Source of the DNA: Phoronis australis
Taxonomy: Eukaryota > Animalia > Phoronida
DNA: 64,000 bases
Reading direction: 5' to 3'
Assembly: GCA_002633005.1 (NCBI GenBank)
Contig: NMRA01000113.1
Coordinates: 750,556 to 814,555, forward strand
Of this stretch, positions 13,261-26,929 are shown one piece after another. Position numbers and translations under genes: made by a program. Under the pieces are notes generated by a model. It saw nothing but the letters and a program-made list of their open reading frames with translations. It ran no database searches and was not told the DNA's origin. The first letter of the stretch is position 1. Each line of letters begins with the position of its first letter.

Positions 13261-14619
13261 GGCATATGTTTCTAGTGGTTTTTAACATTGATGGTTGGTG
13301 GGAAGTGTTGCTATGAGCAATCACTATGTTGCACAAACCTTCAGTACCCAGATTCTCTCAACTTGTTGACTTGTTAGTGACTACGGTAGGTATAACTAAC
13401 ACATTAATTGTAACTTGTCATTACAACCCAGGATCATAATGGCAGTGAGGACGTGGTAAGATCTAACAGTATTCCATACTTGTTGAGATGTCAATACTTT
13501 AAGGTTTATACCTTTTATGTGCCTATTTAGGTCCGTGTGCTTATATTTGAAATGATGCGTTCTTTCGAAAAAATTTTGTCTATTACTAAGTGTTTTTGCA
13601 TACTAGGCACGTATGCCTAAGCTTCAATTAAATACGCACGCTGCTATTCTTTCTTAAGCTCAGTGTTTTTGTTGGTATTTTGCTCGTTTATAATACCTTG
13701 TTGTTGTTAAACTGAACACATGTTGCCAACATCTACCTTTTAGTAGCAGACAAGTCATGTTGCAACCCATAATATTTAAAAAATTTGCTTTTCTGTTTTA
13801 CGATGAGCGTTTCACATTTACTTAAGGCACTAGGGCCTAACTCGGGGCATATACGGTATTGTCATAGTCACACTTACAAATGAACCATCACCTTAATGAA
13901 AGCCAGTCATCTGAACAGTGCTAGTTTGGTTGTGGAATGTTTCATTGTGTGGCTGTTAGATGCCATGGAAATGCAATACATGGGTCTTGATCTCACGATA
14001 TAGGTTTATTTTATCATCACTCCAACCTGCATGACCTATGACACTGGTTGCACACAGGGGAGCAGTATTGTCTTGATGCAAGAATTAGGTGTCTTCTCGA
14101 TAATGTCACTGAAATCCTACTCAGCAGATTTCTCTCATGAATTCACAAGCTAGTGATAATTTCGATTTGATTTTTGCTTGAAATTTATTTTGGTGAAATC
14201 TCCCCAATTATGGAGAAAATAATGCCTAAATTGATCTGTGTAGTATTTTGAAGTTCTTGCTTTCTAGTGAATACCCACAATTTCTCAAATGTCTTGAATA
14301 TTGCAATGGTGCAGAACATTAAAAATTGATAATTTCAAAAGCTTTTATTTCATCATGCTTTTTAGAAAAAATGAAGAACTAAAATTCTGCCATATTGTAA
14401 TTGTTGTTTCTTTTTAATTTGTGAGATTTTGCTGTTAATAGAATTTTAGACTTTAATTACTTTATATAGAAACCTTGTAAAATCTTTTATTACAATGAAT
14501 AATACAATTATTGACTTTCACCGATATTAGTATGTTGGTTTTCATGTCCCATAAATGTGGTAATAACCGAAACAGAATTATTATCTGACTTGTTACAGTA
14601 AGTAATTTGTGAAAGGAGA

Positions 14620-15070
14620 CTATGTTTGGGTTTTCGATTGTATGTCAATCTTTTGGTCAGTTAGCTAACAGTTTTTATTCCAAAGTGTTGTGAAAAGATT
14701 TTAATAATTCTTTGTTTTTATGAGACACAATCGACAATTTGGTTACATCAATGCTATGGCAAGCTGGATGTCCGCACACTCTATCATGGGTGGGACGGCA
14801 TCTGGGAATTTTCAGACGGATCCAACTTCTAGTTTGCCCTCCTGTGACAATTTTGTTTTTTATATTTGTCTCTGTATCTTCAGAGTTCCCATTAGGCAGA
14901 TTTTCATGGAATTTGACGAATTGGTATCTGTTAAGGATTTGATGCAGCCATCTCGTTTTCGGGTGGATTCAATGTACGCAGGACCACGTAGCGACTGTTT
15001 TACTGTTTTTGAGTATCTTTTTGTTGTGCACCTCTCTATCATTCAAATTGGGAGAAGGATGATTGTGAAA
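14620..15070 (+). mobile_element. Degenerate copy of the HINE/DINE-1-like repeat family
   Basis: Shares gattttcagacgga, ttttcatggaattt and aaggatgattgtgaaaatt blocks with other copies. Confidence 0.55.
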
Positions 15071-15915
15071 ATTGTGGTTATTTTAATTTTTACTATTATT
15101 AAATTAACTGCATTTCTCCTATGTTTAAGCTATTGATTAACTCTTGTATCTGTGCTGTATGCGATGCACATGATGGGGTCATGGGGTCATTTCATTGCCC
15201 ACACTGCACTTGTGATATTTTCCTGAAGCTAACAGGAATAGAATCCTATCTCAGTAAGGAACACTATGAATATTATCTCATTATTTATTCTATCCATGTC
15301 TTGTTTGTGACACAGGAGTTCACATGCCTTAGTATGTTCATTAATTCTTTCCTTGACGTGTTTGTGATAGAGGGGTTTGGATACCTTATATTTGTATTGA
15401 TTTTGTTCCTGACTTGTTTGCAACATGGGTACACATACCCCAGTATGTGTATTCTGTTCCTTGTTTGCAGCACGGGTACACATACCCCAGTATGTCTATT
15501 CTGTTCCTTTCCTTGCTCTTGCCTTCTGGCACTTCTCTCTACATACTATAGCCTGTTTCTGTGATTGTATAAATTTAATGATCGCATGAAGTTCTATTTT
15601 TCTAAAGTCATTAATAATTGAACTCCTTTTGTCTTTATTTTTCTTGCTTTTAAATGCATTGTTGGTTAAATTACAATCATTGATGGGAGTCTTTTACATC
15701 AAGTCTTCATTATTTGCACTGCGTATGTTAAAAACAATTAAGTGCAAAATAATGTCTGAAATTTTTACATCCTTCATGATGTGCCAAGCTGGGTTCATTT
15801 ACATAGATGTACTTCTTTCTATCACAAATTTCCACATTTCACTTCCTAACTTCAGTCTGGTGCATTCATTCATTCCTGTGAGTGTTACTTGACTCTTGTG
15901 TCCGTGTGTTGTCAG

Positions 15916-16069
15916 GGTAAGAGACTGGACAAGCCCATTCAAGACTTTCTACAGACAGCTGACTCGTGAGGACTACAACACCACTACAGATGTCTATGCC
16001 TATATGTTCTTCTGTGACTTCATCAACTTCTTCATCGTTGTCTTTGGATACTGGGGCTTCGGGCCAGCT
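15916..16069 (+). CDS. Piezo: Piezo exon (PFKTFYRQL...TDVYAYMFFCDFINFFIVVFGYWGFGPA)
   Basis: TDVYAxMF and FGYWxFG motifs; gtcag acceptor, gtacgt donor. Confidence 0.95.
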
Positions 16070-16372
16070 GTACGTGATCTCTTCACTGTCGTATGACAGT
16101 AGATGATGTTGAGATTAAAGCTTTAAGTTTGGACAGTATACTAAAGACACTTTGAGTTTGTAACATTTACAGTTCTTTATAGAGTAAAACTGTGTAATCA
16201 TGTTGTGTAGTAAATAACAAAGTAAAAAATCAGGATAATATGCGCCTGCATTCTTGGGTGTTAGTTGCTCACATTTCATATTCTTCTTACCCCGGCCGAG
16301 GCGGAGACAGACCAGAACGGCCCATGGCTGTTCTTTAAGCAGCGGACATCAGGTGCTGATATGGGAGGGGTG

Positions 16373-16685
16373 GATTTGTTTCTATTGCGCCCCCTTTAGC
16401 TAATGGATCATAACATGATGATTTGTTTCTATTGCGCCCCCTTTAGCTAATGGATCATAACATGATGATTTGTTTCTATTGCGCCCCCTTTAGCTAATGG
16501 CTCATAACACGATGATTGTGTAATTTAAAGGGAACAGAACTGTTTCTATTGCGCCCCCTTTAGCTAATGGCTCATAACATGATGATTGTGTAATTTAAAG
16601 GGAAAAGAACTGTTTCTATTGCGCCCCCTTTAGCTAATGGCTCATAACATGATGATGGTGTAATTTAAAGGGAAAAGAACTGTTT
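16373..16685. repeat. Minisatellite with 47-bp and 70-bp units
   Basis: ctattgcgccccctttagctaatgg at 16382, 16429, 16476, 16546 and 16616. Confidence 0.93.
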
Positions 16686-17110
16686 TCGCTGTTTAGTAAA
16701 ATAAACACCTGGTCATCTTTGAAAGACATTTTTCTTGTGAATTACTTTTCCCACGCAAGTATTCACTGTCCATGGGACAATAGAAAGTGATGTAGGCCTA
16801 ATCAGACTGGTAAAGGGCTCGCATCTTGTTTCTACATTCACTTAGTAAACATAACGTCCTACAGCCTCTTGAGCAAAGACCGTGCAGGTTATTCATGTTT
16901 CCTCAAGGGGACTGAATGTAGGATCAAGATGTAGGCAATTTTGTTGGTTCATTTCCATCACTTGTTGTTAGTCCATGAACTGTACATACCTGCCAAGGGG
17001 ATTGTAATTACCTTAAATGGAAAAACACCTACATTATAGCTAGATATTTTACTGTTATTAAGGTAACTGATGCTTTCCCCTTTAAGTATTTGTACGTTAC
17101 TGTATTCTAG

Positions 17111-17155
17111 GAAGACCAGTTTGGTGACTTTAGGCGCTATGTAGCTGAGAACAGG
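17111..17155 (+). CDS. Piezo: Piezo 45-nt exon (EDQFGDFRRYVAENR)
   Basis: ttctag acceptor, gtaagt donor; phase 0-0; fills the position of PIEZO1 HSAATDITSSLSDDQ. Not in the ORF track. Confidence 0.82.
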
Positions 17156-17819
17156 GTAAGTAAAATGAGATAGAACACAATTATTTATATTACAAGCATA
17201 CACAGGCAATTTTGGTTCATCGTTGTTTCTCTTATAAGATTGATATCTACTGTTTTGATGAATGAATTCGTATGAAATGTATATTATGATGTAAGTGGTT
17301 TATAAGAATTCATGACAGTTATATTTATCAGACAAGGCTTATCATCAAACGTGTGTTTACATGCCTATACATGCGTATTCGTGATACACGCTCTTGATGA
17401 CTGTTCATACGATTGAGGAATTATGAGTTTGGGTTTGTAAATCTTGGCACATGCAGTATCTTTTCAACCAGTTTGAGGACTTTACAAATTGGTAGACAGT
17501 GGGATTTGTAACGAGTAATCTGGCTTTCCCCTGAAATTTCGTTTTTGTATTCACTGGGCTGTGTTGAGCCCAATGTTGTTATACCAAATAGGATGCTCAG
17601 GGCATTGAGTTTAACAACAGAATTAGAAAGTTAGTATCTCATTTTATAGACCACATATCTAATTTAGTTTCTTAGAAATTTTATTAACATGTGTGAGTAG
17701 ACATGAGATAATTTTGTCCATTGTTCCCTCAAGGAATGTAAAATGTTCCAACAAATGTTATCGTTTGGTATAATACAGTTTTTAACATTTTTATGGTGGA
17801 AAATTATATAATTAACTTG

Positions 17820-18612
17820 CTTTTATGAGCCCACATATTTATATAATATGTGGATGCATTATGCCGTCATCCCTGTCCATCTGTTTGGCGTCAGTCCAGC
17901 GTGCATCCAGCGCTCTGTCTCCAAAACTCTTTGATGTATGTTCTTGAAATTTTGCACCGAAGTCATGTGTTCGTTTCATGAATGGGACAACATGAGCGAA
18001 CTTTTGGATGGATCTGAGTACTAGTGTGCCCTCTAGTGACAATTTTAGTTTTTTACGTTTACCTCTTCATCTTCAATGGTCCTCGGCGAGTTTTCATAAA
18101 ATTCGGAATATAGTGAGATGATGCTATCCTCTCGTTTTTTGATGGATTTGAGGTGTATTTCGCTATCTAGTGGACATTTTGTTCTGTTTTTGAGTCTGCC
18201 CCTCTATCAAGCAAACCACTCTAAGGATGATTGTAAAAATTGGCATTTTTTACTCTGTCTCCTAAACCCACTGCAGAATCTTTACTAAATTTAGCAACTG
18301 AATTATATTTTATATGATGTTGACAACGGACAGTGATGATTTTCAGACAGATTCGACGAGCGCTGTGCTCCCTGGCAATTTCATTTTTTCCGTTTTTCCT
18401 TAGTTTCTATGAGGTTCTTGACAGATTTTTATGAAATATGGTAAATTGCTTTTTATTAAAGAAACGTTGGCATGTTCCCATTTTCGGATGGATTCGACGT
18501 ATTTTGCGCCATCTAGTGGCCATTTTTAGGATACAATTAAACACCCCTGGAAGCATACCGTTTGCAGTGCATTCGTGGGCACATTTTAATGCTCCTCTTT
18601 GCTCTGGTTTTA
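17820..18612 (+). mobile_element. HINE/DINE-1-like (Helentron-associated) non-autonomous element
   Basis: 5' tttttatgagcccacat, a gtcc-rich segment, internal sub-repeats, 3' gggcacatt...tgctctggtt; similar termini in other copies. Family assignment is inference. Confidence 0.6.
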
Positions 18613-19026
18613 GGTAATTGTTGGTAGTTTGTTATCTGTGAGCCAGTGAGAGACTGAAGTGTGTTGTTGATTAAAGTTATTTGTTGCACAATATGCCGTG
18701 TGGGTTAACTGTCAACCAATGGTAGCCTGACTGTGTGTTGGTGCGTGGAGTTTTTTGTTGAGCACTATAGGACATGTTTCGTCGACTTTTAAAATTGTAT
18801 GAAACGGAGTATACATTTTTAACCACAAATTTCACCTGGGAGCTAAACTTTATTTGTGCTGGTGCAAACTTCTAGGGGAGGGGTAGATCTCGATTATGAG
18901 GGATGTTTTTGAGAACAGCAATTATCTGCTTTGTGTAGATGGTTGAAACATTTTGACCTTATTAGTCCTCTATAGTTGTTGTTTGTTGATTTCTGTGTTG
19001 TATCACTGTCTTTCACCTGTTTCCAG

Positions 19027-19193
19027 ATCCCTGTTCCATTCCTAATCGTCTTGGTGCTCCAGTTTGCCCTCATCATCATCGACCGCGCCCTTTACCTGAA
19101 GAAGAATGTGACAGGAAAGTTCATATTCCACATCGCTGTCATCATCATCGTCCATGTTTGGGTATTCTTCATCCTTCCCATTGTGACTGGCAG
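19027..19193 (+). CDS. Piezo: Piezo exon (IPVPFLIVLVLQFALIIIDRALYLKK...FFILPIVTG)
   Basis: DRALYL motif; ttccag acceptor, gtaaac donor. Confidence 0.96.
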
Positions 19194-19744
19194 GTAAACA
19201 AGTGTTGCACACTCTACCTGGTTCTCTTAAACATACATTATTTTTTATTTCTTTTATACATTTATTGGCAATGAGAAAAACATTACAATACCACAAAAAG
19301 ACAAAGAACACCACAGACACGCACGCACACACACAAACACACACACGCATACCCAACAACTAATCCTCTTGACTGCTAAGAAAAACTGTTTCAAAGTTAC
19401 ACCATCTTTTTTGTATAGTCAGTAAAGCGGGTAACATTTGAATGAGAAAGACACGAGTTGAAGAGCCTTAGGTTTGTTTAATGGTTGGTGACGTAAGCGA
19501 TATCTTGATCTGTCAGTACTGCAAGTGTCATAACTGTTAAAAGGCCGACTGTCTTAAGTGTAATTTTTGGAGATACTGTTTTGTGGATGATAAAGCTCTG
19601 GGTGCTTGCACTGGGTGCTTGCACGGGGTGCTTGCACTGGGCATTATATGTTAACAATCAAATAAATGATGCAGCAATAAAATAAAAAAAGATTCAGTGA
19701 GGTAAAATGTGTAAAAAGTGTAAATATGTCTGATCTGTTTACAG

Positions 19745-19903
19745 AGAGTTTGCTGATAGCACGCCAGTGATCATCTGGTACTTTATCAAGTGTATCTACC
19801 TGGCTCTGTCTGCCACTCAGATCAGGTGTGGTTATCCAACACGTGTGCTGGGCAATTTCCTGACTAACAATTTCAACTATCTCAATCTGGTGTTATTTAA
19901 AGG
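19745..19903 (+). CDS. Piezo: Piezo exon (WYFIKCIYLALSATQIRCGYPTRVLGNFLT...LFKG)
   Basis: QIRCGYP motif; ttacag acceptor, gtgagt donor. Confidence 0.96.
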
Positions 19904-20080
19904 GTGAGTCCTCTTGTGGATATTCTCAACTTATAATGTGATCCAATTGGTCTGTTCACTCAGAGTTTCGGTGAATCGGGTACATAATATGTACTCCAAT
20001 ATGTGGTGGTGTGAAACAAATCGAACACTGATGTTTCTGATCAATGCTCATTGGTTGTATTGTGTCTTTGTGGGTTACAG

Positions 20081-20228
20081 GTTCCTTGTGATCCCGTTTC
20101 TGTTGGAATTACGGGCCCTGATGGACTGGATGTGGACAGACACTACTCTGGCGTTGTCTAGCTGGCTACAGATGGAGGATATCTTTAGTAATGTCTACGT
20201 ACTCAAGTGTTGGCGATGGTCTGAACAG
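20081..20228 (+). CDS. Piezo: Piezo exon: anchor with PFEW signature (PFLLELRALMDWMWTDTTL...EDIF)
   Basis: Family signature PFxxExxxxxxW; ttacag acceptor, gtgaga donor. Confidence 0.98.
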
Positions 20229-20440
20229 GTGAGAGTTGGCCCCATGGCAACAGTAGTGAAATTGTAGTTGGGCTGGTCACTGGACATTATACGGTTTATT
20301 TAGTTTGCCTAGGGAACTGGGTCAGTTCCTAAATTTATGCACCCACATAATATAATTATTCATGCATATTTTCATCTCTGTGTCTGGTGTCAAAAAGTAT
20401 CCAAATTTTCATTTCTTCTCTTTATCCCTTGGTGTTTCAG

Positions 20441-20626
20441 AAATATCCAACCCCACGTGGTCAGCCCCGCCGGGCGATCGTCAAGTACGGCTTTGGTGGC
20501 CTAGTGCTGTTCCTGGTTGTTTTCATCATCTGGTTCCCTCTCTTGTTGTTCTCATTCGCCAACGCTGTCTATGAGCCAAACCTTCCGATAGAGTGCAGTG
20601 TTGATATCTCTGTAGCCGGCTATCAG
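20441..20626 (+). CDS. Piezo: Piezo exon: outer helix (KYPTPRGQ...KYGFGG...IWFPLLLFS...GYQ)
   Basis: Conserved motifs; tttcag acceptor, gtaatg donor. Confidence 0.97.
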
Positions 20627-20925
20627 GTAATGGATACATTTGAATTGTCTGGCAATTGCGGAATTTTGCATGTAGTTGTTGAAGAATTGTTGCATTTGGA
20701 GGGTTTGATCATTTACTATCTGTCTGTTACAAGTGACAGTTATTTGTTAGCTGTCTATCCCAAGTTTCTATCTTTTATTAGCTGTCTGTTACAAGTATTT
20801 ATCATTTTCTTGTTGTCCTTCACAAGTGTTGGTCATTTTTTAGCTGTCTGTTACAAGAGTCGGTCATTTGCTAGCTGTCTGTTCCAAGTGTTTGTCATTC
20901 ACAAGTGTCTATCATTTTTTACCAG

Positions 20926-21033
20926 CCTCTATTCACTCGGGTCACCATGGCAGGAGACATCACCACTTATACTACAAAACAATACCAAGACCTCCAGAAT
21001 AAAGTGACATCGCTGTCTACTCCGGCGGATGTG
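20926..21033 (+). CDS. Piezo: Piezo cap exon (PLFTRVTMAGDITTYTTKQYQDLQNK...ADV)
   Basis: Continues GYQ|PLFT as in PIEZO1 GYEPLFT; accag acceptor, gtgagc donor. Confidence 0.88.
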
Positions 21034-22199
21034 GTGAGCTTGGCTTTTTGTACTATTTATTTTTAGCTAGCACGCAAGTTCTCTTTCTTCACCGTTGTCA
21101 CCTTTCTGTGACTTTGTACTCAAACTGTTTGACTGCAAGGTGGATACCTGTTTAAGGTTTAACACTCGTTAATTAATCTATCAAACGGGAAACTCTTGTT
21201 GCAGTCAATTTAGACACGAAATGATCTTGAAATCATGCTATGTCAATGTTTATTTGTCATGCTGTTGGAACCTCAGCTGTGTTGACCGGTATTTGTCATG
21301 AATTCTCATGAAATTAATTAAAAGTGCAAATTTCATCATTTCCTATGACGTACAACTACTTCAACAAAACAGTTTATGTTATATAATAATTTCGGAGATC
21401 TTGTGTTGTTGTTTACTATGTCACTGACCAGTGCCCACTCATAGTGAAACCCTATATGCCAAACAGCTGTCCAGACTTCATTCATGTTTATGGGTGGGAT
21501 GAAATCACCGGAACTCTCAATATTGTTGTTGTTTTGCCCTCACAACCCACACATATTTCTATTCACTATATATATTGTAGCTAGAGTTAATAAACTTTGT
21601 GTGTCAGTAGAAACTCAACCACTGTGTTAGTTTTTATGCTGCTCTCCATCGACTTGCTGTTGCTACCTTGTTAGCCAACTATCTACCGTTCAACCAAGAA
21701 CCGGGTAACCCCAACTATACTACCACGACCATCCCCACACTAGTGGAATCCGTGTCTCTACATTGCTGATATCTCCAACAGTATTTCCTAGTAGTACACT
21801 GCGTCAAGAACACTTTATTGATGGTAACAGGGAACGAATGTGGGTCTGACAATGTACGTAAACTATTTGAAATGATTTTTTAATAGACAGTACAGTTTCA
21901 TGGAAGTCATGTTAGCCTTCTTTGTTCGTGTACTCATTTTCTCAAAATTTAAGAAATGTTGCTGTGAAAGGTTTGGCTAGCATCAGTAAGGTGTGGTGTA
22001 CTTAGAGACCGTCACTGTAATAGCTTAAACTAACTGTGACTACCTCTTGATGAGTGTTTTTTTTGCTTTCACTTGCATGAAATTCAGGCCCGTCGCGACC
22101 GCCGGGACTGGCACGAACATAAACCAGCATGAGTTGGAAACTAAACCTCCAGTCACAAAAAGACTATAATAGTGAGCCACAGAAATAATGTGCACGTAA

Positions 22200-23119
22200 T
22201 TATTTATGTGAAGTAGCCATGAAACTGAAAATCTACCTACTTGTCGGGGGCTGCGAAGTCTGGTTCCCCTTCCACAGACCGTCAGGGCAAAGGTTGTACA
22301 GTAACAATGATTTGAATAATGTATTTGTATTTCTAAATAAGGATTCCCCTAATATGTAACTATAGCATATAAAATCGACACAACAGCTTTCTGTCAGTAA
22401 ACACTAAATTAGCATGCACTCACACGGCCTCGGTGCCCGGTCAGTTAGGTTTCAATTGTTGCATCTTAAGCCGGTAACGCAGTAGTTTATTCATTGCTGG
22501 CTTCTCAACATTTGCACTCACGAATACTGCAAAGCATTACAAAGTGTATCTAATGAGACAGACTTTGTTTCAGTTTTATATAAGTATTGGTTAGGATGAG
22601 AATAATTCATTTTGAAACAGAAAGCAGAATAATAAAGTTTACATGGCAACTCGCCCGGCGCCAATCCTGACTTAGTCAAAAGCTCACATCCGACGAAGAC
22701 ATCACGGGTCGGATTGTTAGTTTTCACAGGCTATCAGTTCAAACTGGAATACACTGATCAAGAAATACTAGAGAGGCGGAGATGTTTCATGGCCTCATAC
22801 TTGCTATTAACAGCGTACCTTACATTCTTCACTACCGCGAGCCACTTACTTAGCATTTCGGGCTCTCGAGGAAGTCGAAAAAACGATATACCCGCTTTCT
22901 TCGCAGCTTCATAGTTCAGACAAGCAAGAACCGATACACCGCAATATAGTGGCACTAACTCTGTAGACGAACCACTGACGTCGCTGCATCGCTTCTCACC
23001 TTCCTCACAGGTTAACGCGACACCTCTCGGCAAGGTGAGGTCGACCGTATAAGAGGCGATGTGGATATAGACCGATTAAGATGGTAAAAAAGACTAATTA
23101 AATCGGGTGGCATTCTCCT
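22200..23119 (-). mobile_element. Degenerate THAP-encoding DNA transposon remnant (Kolobok-like); left boundary uncertain
   Basis: Minus-strand ORF 22758-23033 has CGV..C.N...GISFFRLP...KW (THAP-like, decayed C-terminal C/H); terminus reads TTAA-AGGAGAATGCCAC on the minus strand. Confidence 0.65.
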
Positions 23120-23805
23120 TTAAGTTAACCTAAAAATGGCATCTGGGAAACAGGTTAACATGGCTCAAATGAATTATAGAAACAATTGAAAATGGTCACA
23201 CACACACACATAGTTTAGCTCCACAATTACAAGTAATTTTCTTGAAACATTATGTAAACACACCTGTTATTAGCATTTAAACTTTTCATTTATAATTGCC
23301 GAATCAACACTCAAAAAGAAAATGTCGCATGAATTTAACAACCAAAATTTCTTGATGAAAAACTCCCATCCTGCTGTTTGACAGGCTGTTGAAACTGGTT
23401 CTAAGACTGGAGCTGAAAATTTCAGAGGCCAACTATTCCTGGCATCCAGCCATGGCCGCAGGTTGACCAGTGTAATTCTCAGGTGTGAAGAGAAATCGTT
23501 GTCTGGAATAATTATTGAACCTGAAGAGTCTCGCTTGATGAGCAATTATAACAAAATGAAAGTGAGGCAATGAAATTAGACTTGATTTGAAAACTGCAGC
23601 ACTCGATCCGAACCCAGTCGAGCTTGCAACCAGTAATTCACTGCGCAAACACTTGCAGGTAGTCTTGGAGCCGCAAGGTCTAACAATAGGTCACATGCAG
23701 CAGTTGGCATTCCAGGGAAAGAGTTCTATACTAGGACAGACGAATATTTTCAAAACTTGCTCACTAGGTCAAATTTTTGCCGTGAGGAATTGTTGTTTTC
23801 ATTAA

Positions 23806-24191
23806 AGGTATATTTGCCTGCTCCTAACTATGCTAATGTTAAGCAGGAACTAATCAACAATGATATTTTTACATCTTGTACGCTTAACAGAGAGCAGCTG
23901 TATTCATAGACAACTTGTTAATGTGAAAACAAAAACCTCTTCAAATAGGTGATCCTTGCACTAATGACATACCTTGGGGGCTCACATAACCCGCATCATG
24001 CAGTGTTATTCCCCAACACCACGTCATAAAACTTACTGGACACGGTCGATCATTTTTGACACAAAACTCGTTCTGAAAAACATTTGGCAATTTTCAACAT
24101 ACTTCATATTCACATCATTACTATATGTTGTGTTTCTAGCTAATTTGACCAAGCAGTCACAGAGATAAGGTTTTCACATGCTAATTCCACT
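23806..24191. mobile_element. Non-autonomous TTAA-type element, same family as 8020-9032
   Basis: Begins TTAA|AGG; collinear similarity to both ends of the 8-9 kb copy. Confidence 0.65.
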
Positions 24192-24417
24192 ATAATTTTA
24201 TTTTTATTGAAATCGACTAAGAAATTAAGTAAAATACAGTAAATTGCTTACGAACGCCAACAAAGGTAACATTTCATTGGAAGTGTTGCGTTTTTTTGAA
24301 TTTCTATTCTCATCAGGTGCAAACTGGTGGTGGCGCTGCTCAATGCTGTCCACCTAATGCTCTATTTCCATGCTTATTTGGCAACTCATGGTTATTGCAT
24401 TGTCATGCTTGATACAG

Positions 24418-24593
24418 GCTCGTGCCAAGTCATTCCTGTCTACTTACGAAGCCCGAGACACGGTGCTTATTCGAATGAACGGCAACTCTACAGCTGTCTG
24501 GGGCATCAGCCCTCCTGCTGAACTGCAACTCAAGCTGGACATGGCTGACTCGAACAAGAGAATGCAGTTTCTAGTGGACCTCTCTTTCACAAG
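24418..24593 (+). CDS. Piezo: Piezo cap exon (ARAKSFLSTY...GNSTAVWGISPP...FTR)
   Basis: WxISPP motif; tacag acceptor, gtgatc donor. Confidence 0.93.
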
Positions 24594-26812
24594 GTGATCA
24601 CTGCTCATTAGATGGTAGCTGTTGTTTAGCTTACTCTCTGGTATTGCACTCGTTTAAAGCCACTGTGTTTGATTCTTCACCGTTGATGTAGATGTTACTG
24701 CCAGACATTGAATGTTAAAAGAAATTCCTTTTAAAGTACAGTACAGTACAAGATGAGAGTAATCAAAGTACCATTTTCCTGCTGTTGCGGCTAATTTTGT
24801 TGACAAAGAAACACTGATAACTGATAAATATTAGGGCCTCAAATTGCTCAGGTCTAGTCTAATTACTAACTTCCCTGTTAATTCCCCTTCATACTTAGTC
24901 ATCAGGGGAGACTACTCTTTCAATGAACTTGGCTTGTGTCCATACTGTGAATAATACCCTTACAAGGAAAACATGCATTTCTAAAGATATTTTCACCACT
25001 TGTCCTTCTGAGTGGATTTTACCAGAATCAAAGAGAGCACGGCACCGCAGTCGGATACAGTTGTGATGACCACATTGTCTGGTGCGAGCAAGACCCCATG
25101 AAGTGTAATCGCCTGACCATTAACTGTTATGTAGTAAATATTCTCTGCCTGAACATACTGGCGAATTTCCAAAATGCATTAGCCAATAATATAATTTTTT
25201 TTAAAATGAATACCTCGGTGGTATTCAGCTGAAAAAAACAACCTGGTATGGTTTTCAATTTTTTATAATCAATAAACTGATAGCTAAAAGCGAAAAACAT
25301 TGGGTACGATTGAAGATAAAGTACCGTGCGTATTGATATACTCGATGGATTTACAAACACTGATTATATAACAATATCACATGGATTATTCTTTTGATAT
25401 TCTTTCAATCTTGTTTAACCATATTTTTGACCAGGAAACAGTAATGTACTTTACTTGTGCCCACTTTTCATTTTTATGACTGACAAAAAGCTTAAAATAG
25501 TTATGTAGTCAGTGCGACCGAAATTGTCCACAGATTCCAAATCTTGAGTTTGTCTATCACCATATTTGGTTTTTTGTATATATTCATGATTTGAGGTCTA
25601 ATAAAGATTAAAATTGGAACTGATGACATGCAGGGACTCATCTAGGATTTGAAAAGTAGGTGTCCAAATTTGTGGGATTGATGTGACGCGAAGCGAGATT
25701 CTGAGGTGCGCAGCGCCAAAGGGGGGGGGGGCTGGGAGTGGGGGGTGTCCCCCCTCTTGCTGAGGGAAAATTGTAATTTACATAAAATAGGTCATTTTCC
25801 TTCCATTGTAGCACACTGTTTGTTTTTTTTTTCTTGTTCAAAGGATGACAAAGAAGGGAACAAAACAAACATTAAAAGGTTTGTCTCATTCAGGAAGTTT
25901 GTATTGTCACCAGACTGCTGCGAGATGCCAGCACAAACAACGAAAAGGGATAACACTTCCATTGAATAGGGGTCTGAATAGAACACCATTGTACGGTGTG
26001 CGAGTGTTATTCGCAGCTGTTTGAATAAAAGGTGATTCTCACCGTGACGTAAACAAAAGCAAGCCTATACGCCTAACATTTCGTTACATTTGGCAATTAG
26101 TGACACTGGTGGGCTCAGAACAATGCTCTTAACATACTGTAGGAACCAAATTTACAGATGTTACCATTCAAGATAGGCTTTAAGCTGGATTTAACCCTGT
26201 TTAGTTGTCACTCTAAATATATTTTGAGTTCTTAACCGAGGCATTTCAACTGCGTAAGCAACCCTGAACTTGTGTCAAATGCGCCAGTAAGTAAAGTTCT
26301 TAACATTGCACACAAAGCAGGGCAACAGAGTATCTATCAAGAGATTTTCTGTTTATCATCTCCTCGTCATCTTTATAACCTGTTGTCATAAACATGACAA
26401 GTCACTAAATATTAAGTAAATTGGTATCATGCAGTTTTATGAACACATGAATATGGTCAGTATTTTGTCACCTGACAGGTGTTTTGAATAGAATCCTCAT
26501 TGCCATTTTCCAATTTCAGGGTTGATCAAGCCCGAAATCATTGATTTTTGGACAAGTTTTTTTTAGACCAGTTTTACAAGTCCAGAGTAAATGGTTTGAT
26601 TTTCTTTTTTAGCCAAGTAAAGCAAAAAGTGACGTTAACTGCTGATACTATAACACATTCTTAAGTGCGGAGTATCTTGTAATAGCAGTCATTCCTTCTT
26701 TTTGGTTGTTTAATAACAATCATGTTTCAAAGTTTATAAAACTATCGTGATGTTTGAAGGTGATGCCAAACTATGCTTATCAAGAATTTGTACTATTCCC
26801 TTTTCTTTGCAG

Positions 26813-26929
26813 AAAACAGGAACCTGGGCTAACTCAGACGACGACTCGTGTACAGCTTTCTGTGGACATCAATGAGGAGAGGAGGAAGATCTTCTTTGAT
26901 CTGTTGAATAGAACATCTAAGGACTCTGT
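26813..26929 (+). CDS. Piezo: Piezo cap exon (KQEPGLTQTTTRVQLSVDINEERRKIFFDLLNRTSKDSV)
   Basis: tttgcag acceptor, gtaagt donor; phase 2-2; resembles PIEZO1 RRQLASLLEGTSDQSV. Confidence 0.88.

Noticed and set aside
14720-15892. Hydrophobic ORFs as extra Piezo transmembrane exons
   Set aside because: T-rich intron or repeat sequence; the Piezo model is complete and in phase without them.
21675-21704. Possible alternative cap exon (PTIYRSTKNR)
   Set aside because: Weak acceptor and no similarity to Piezo cap sequence.
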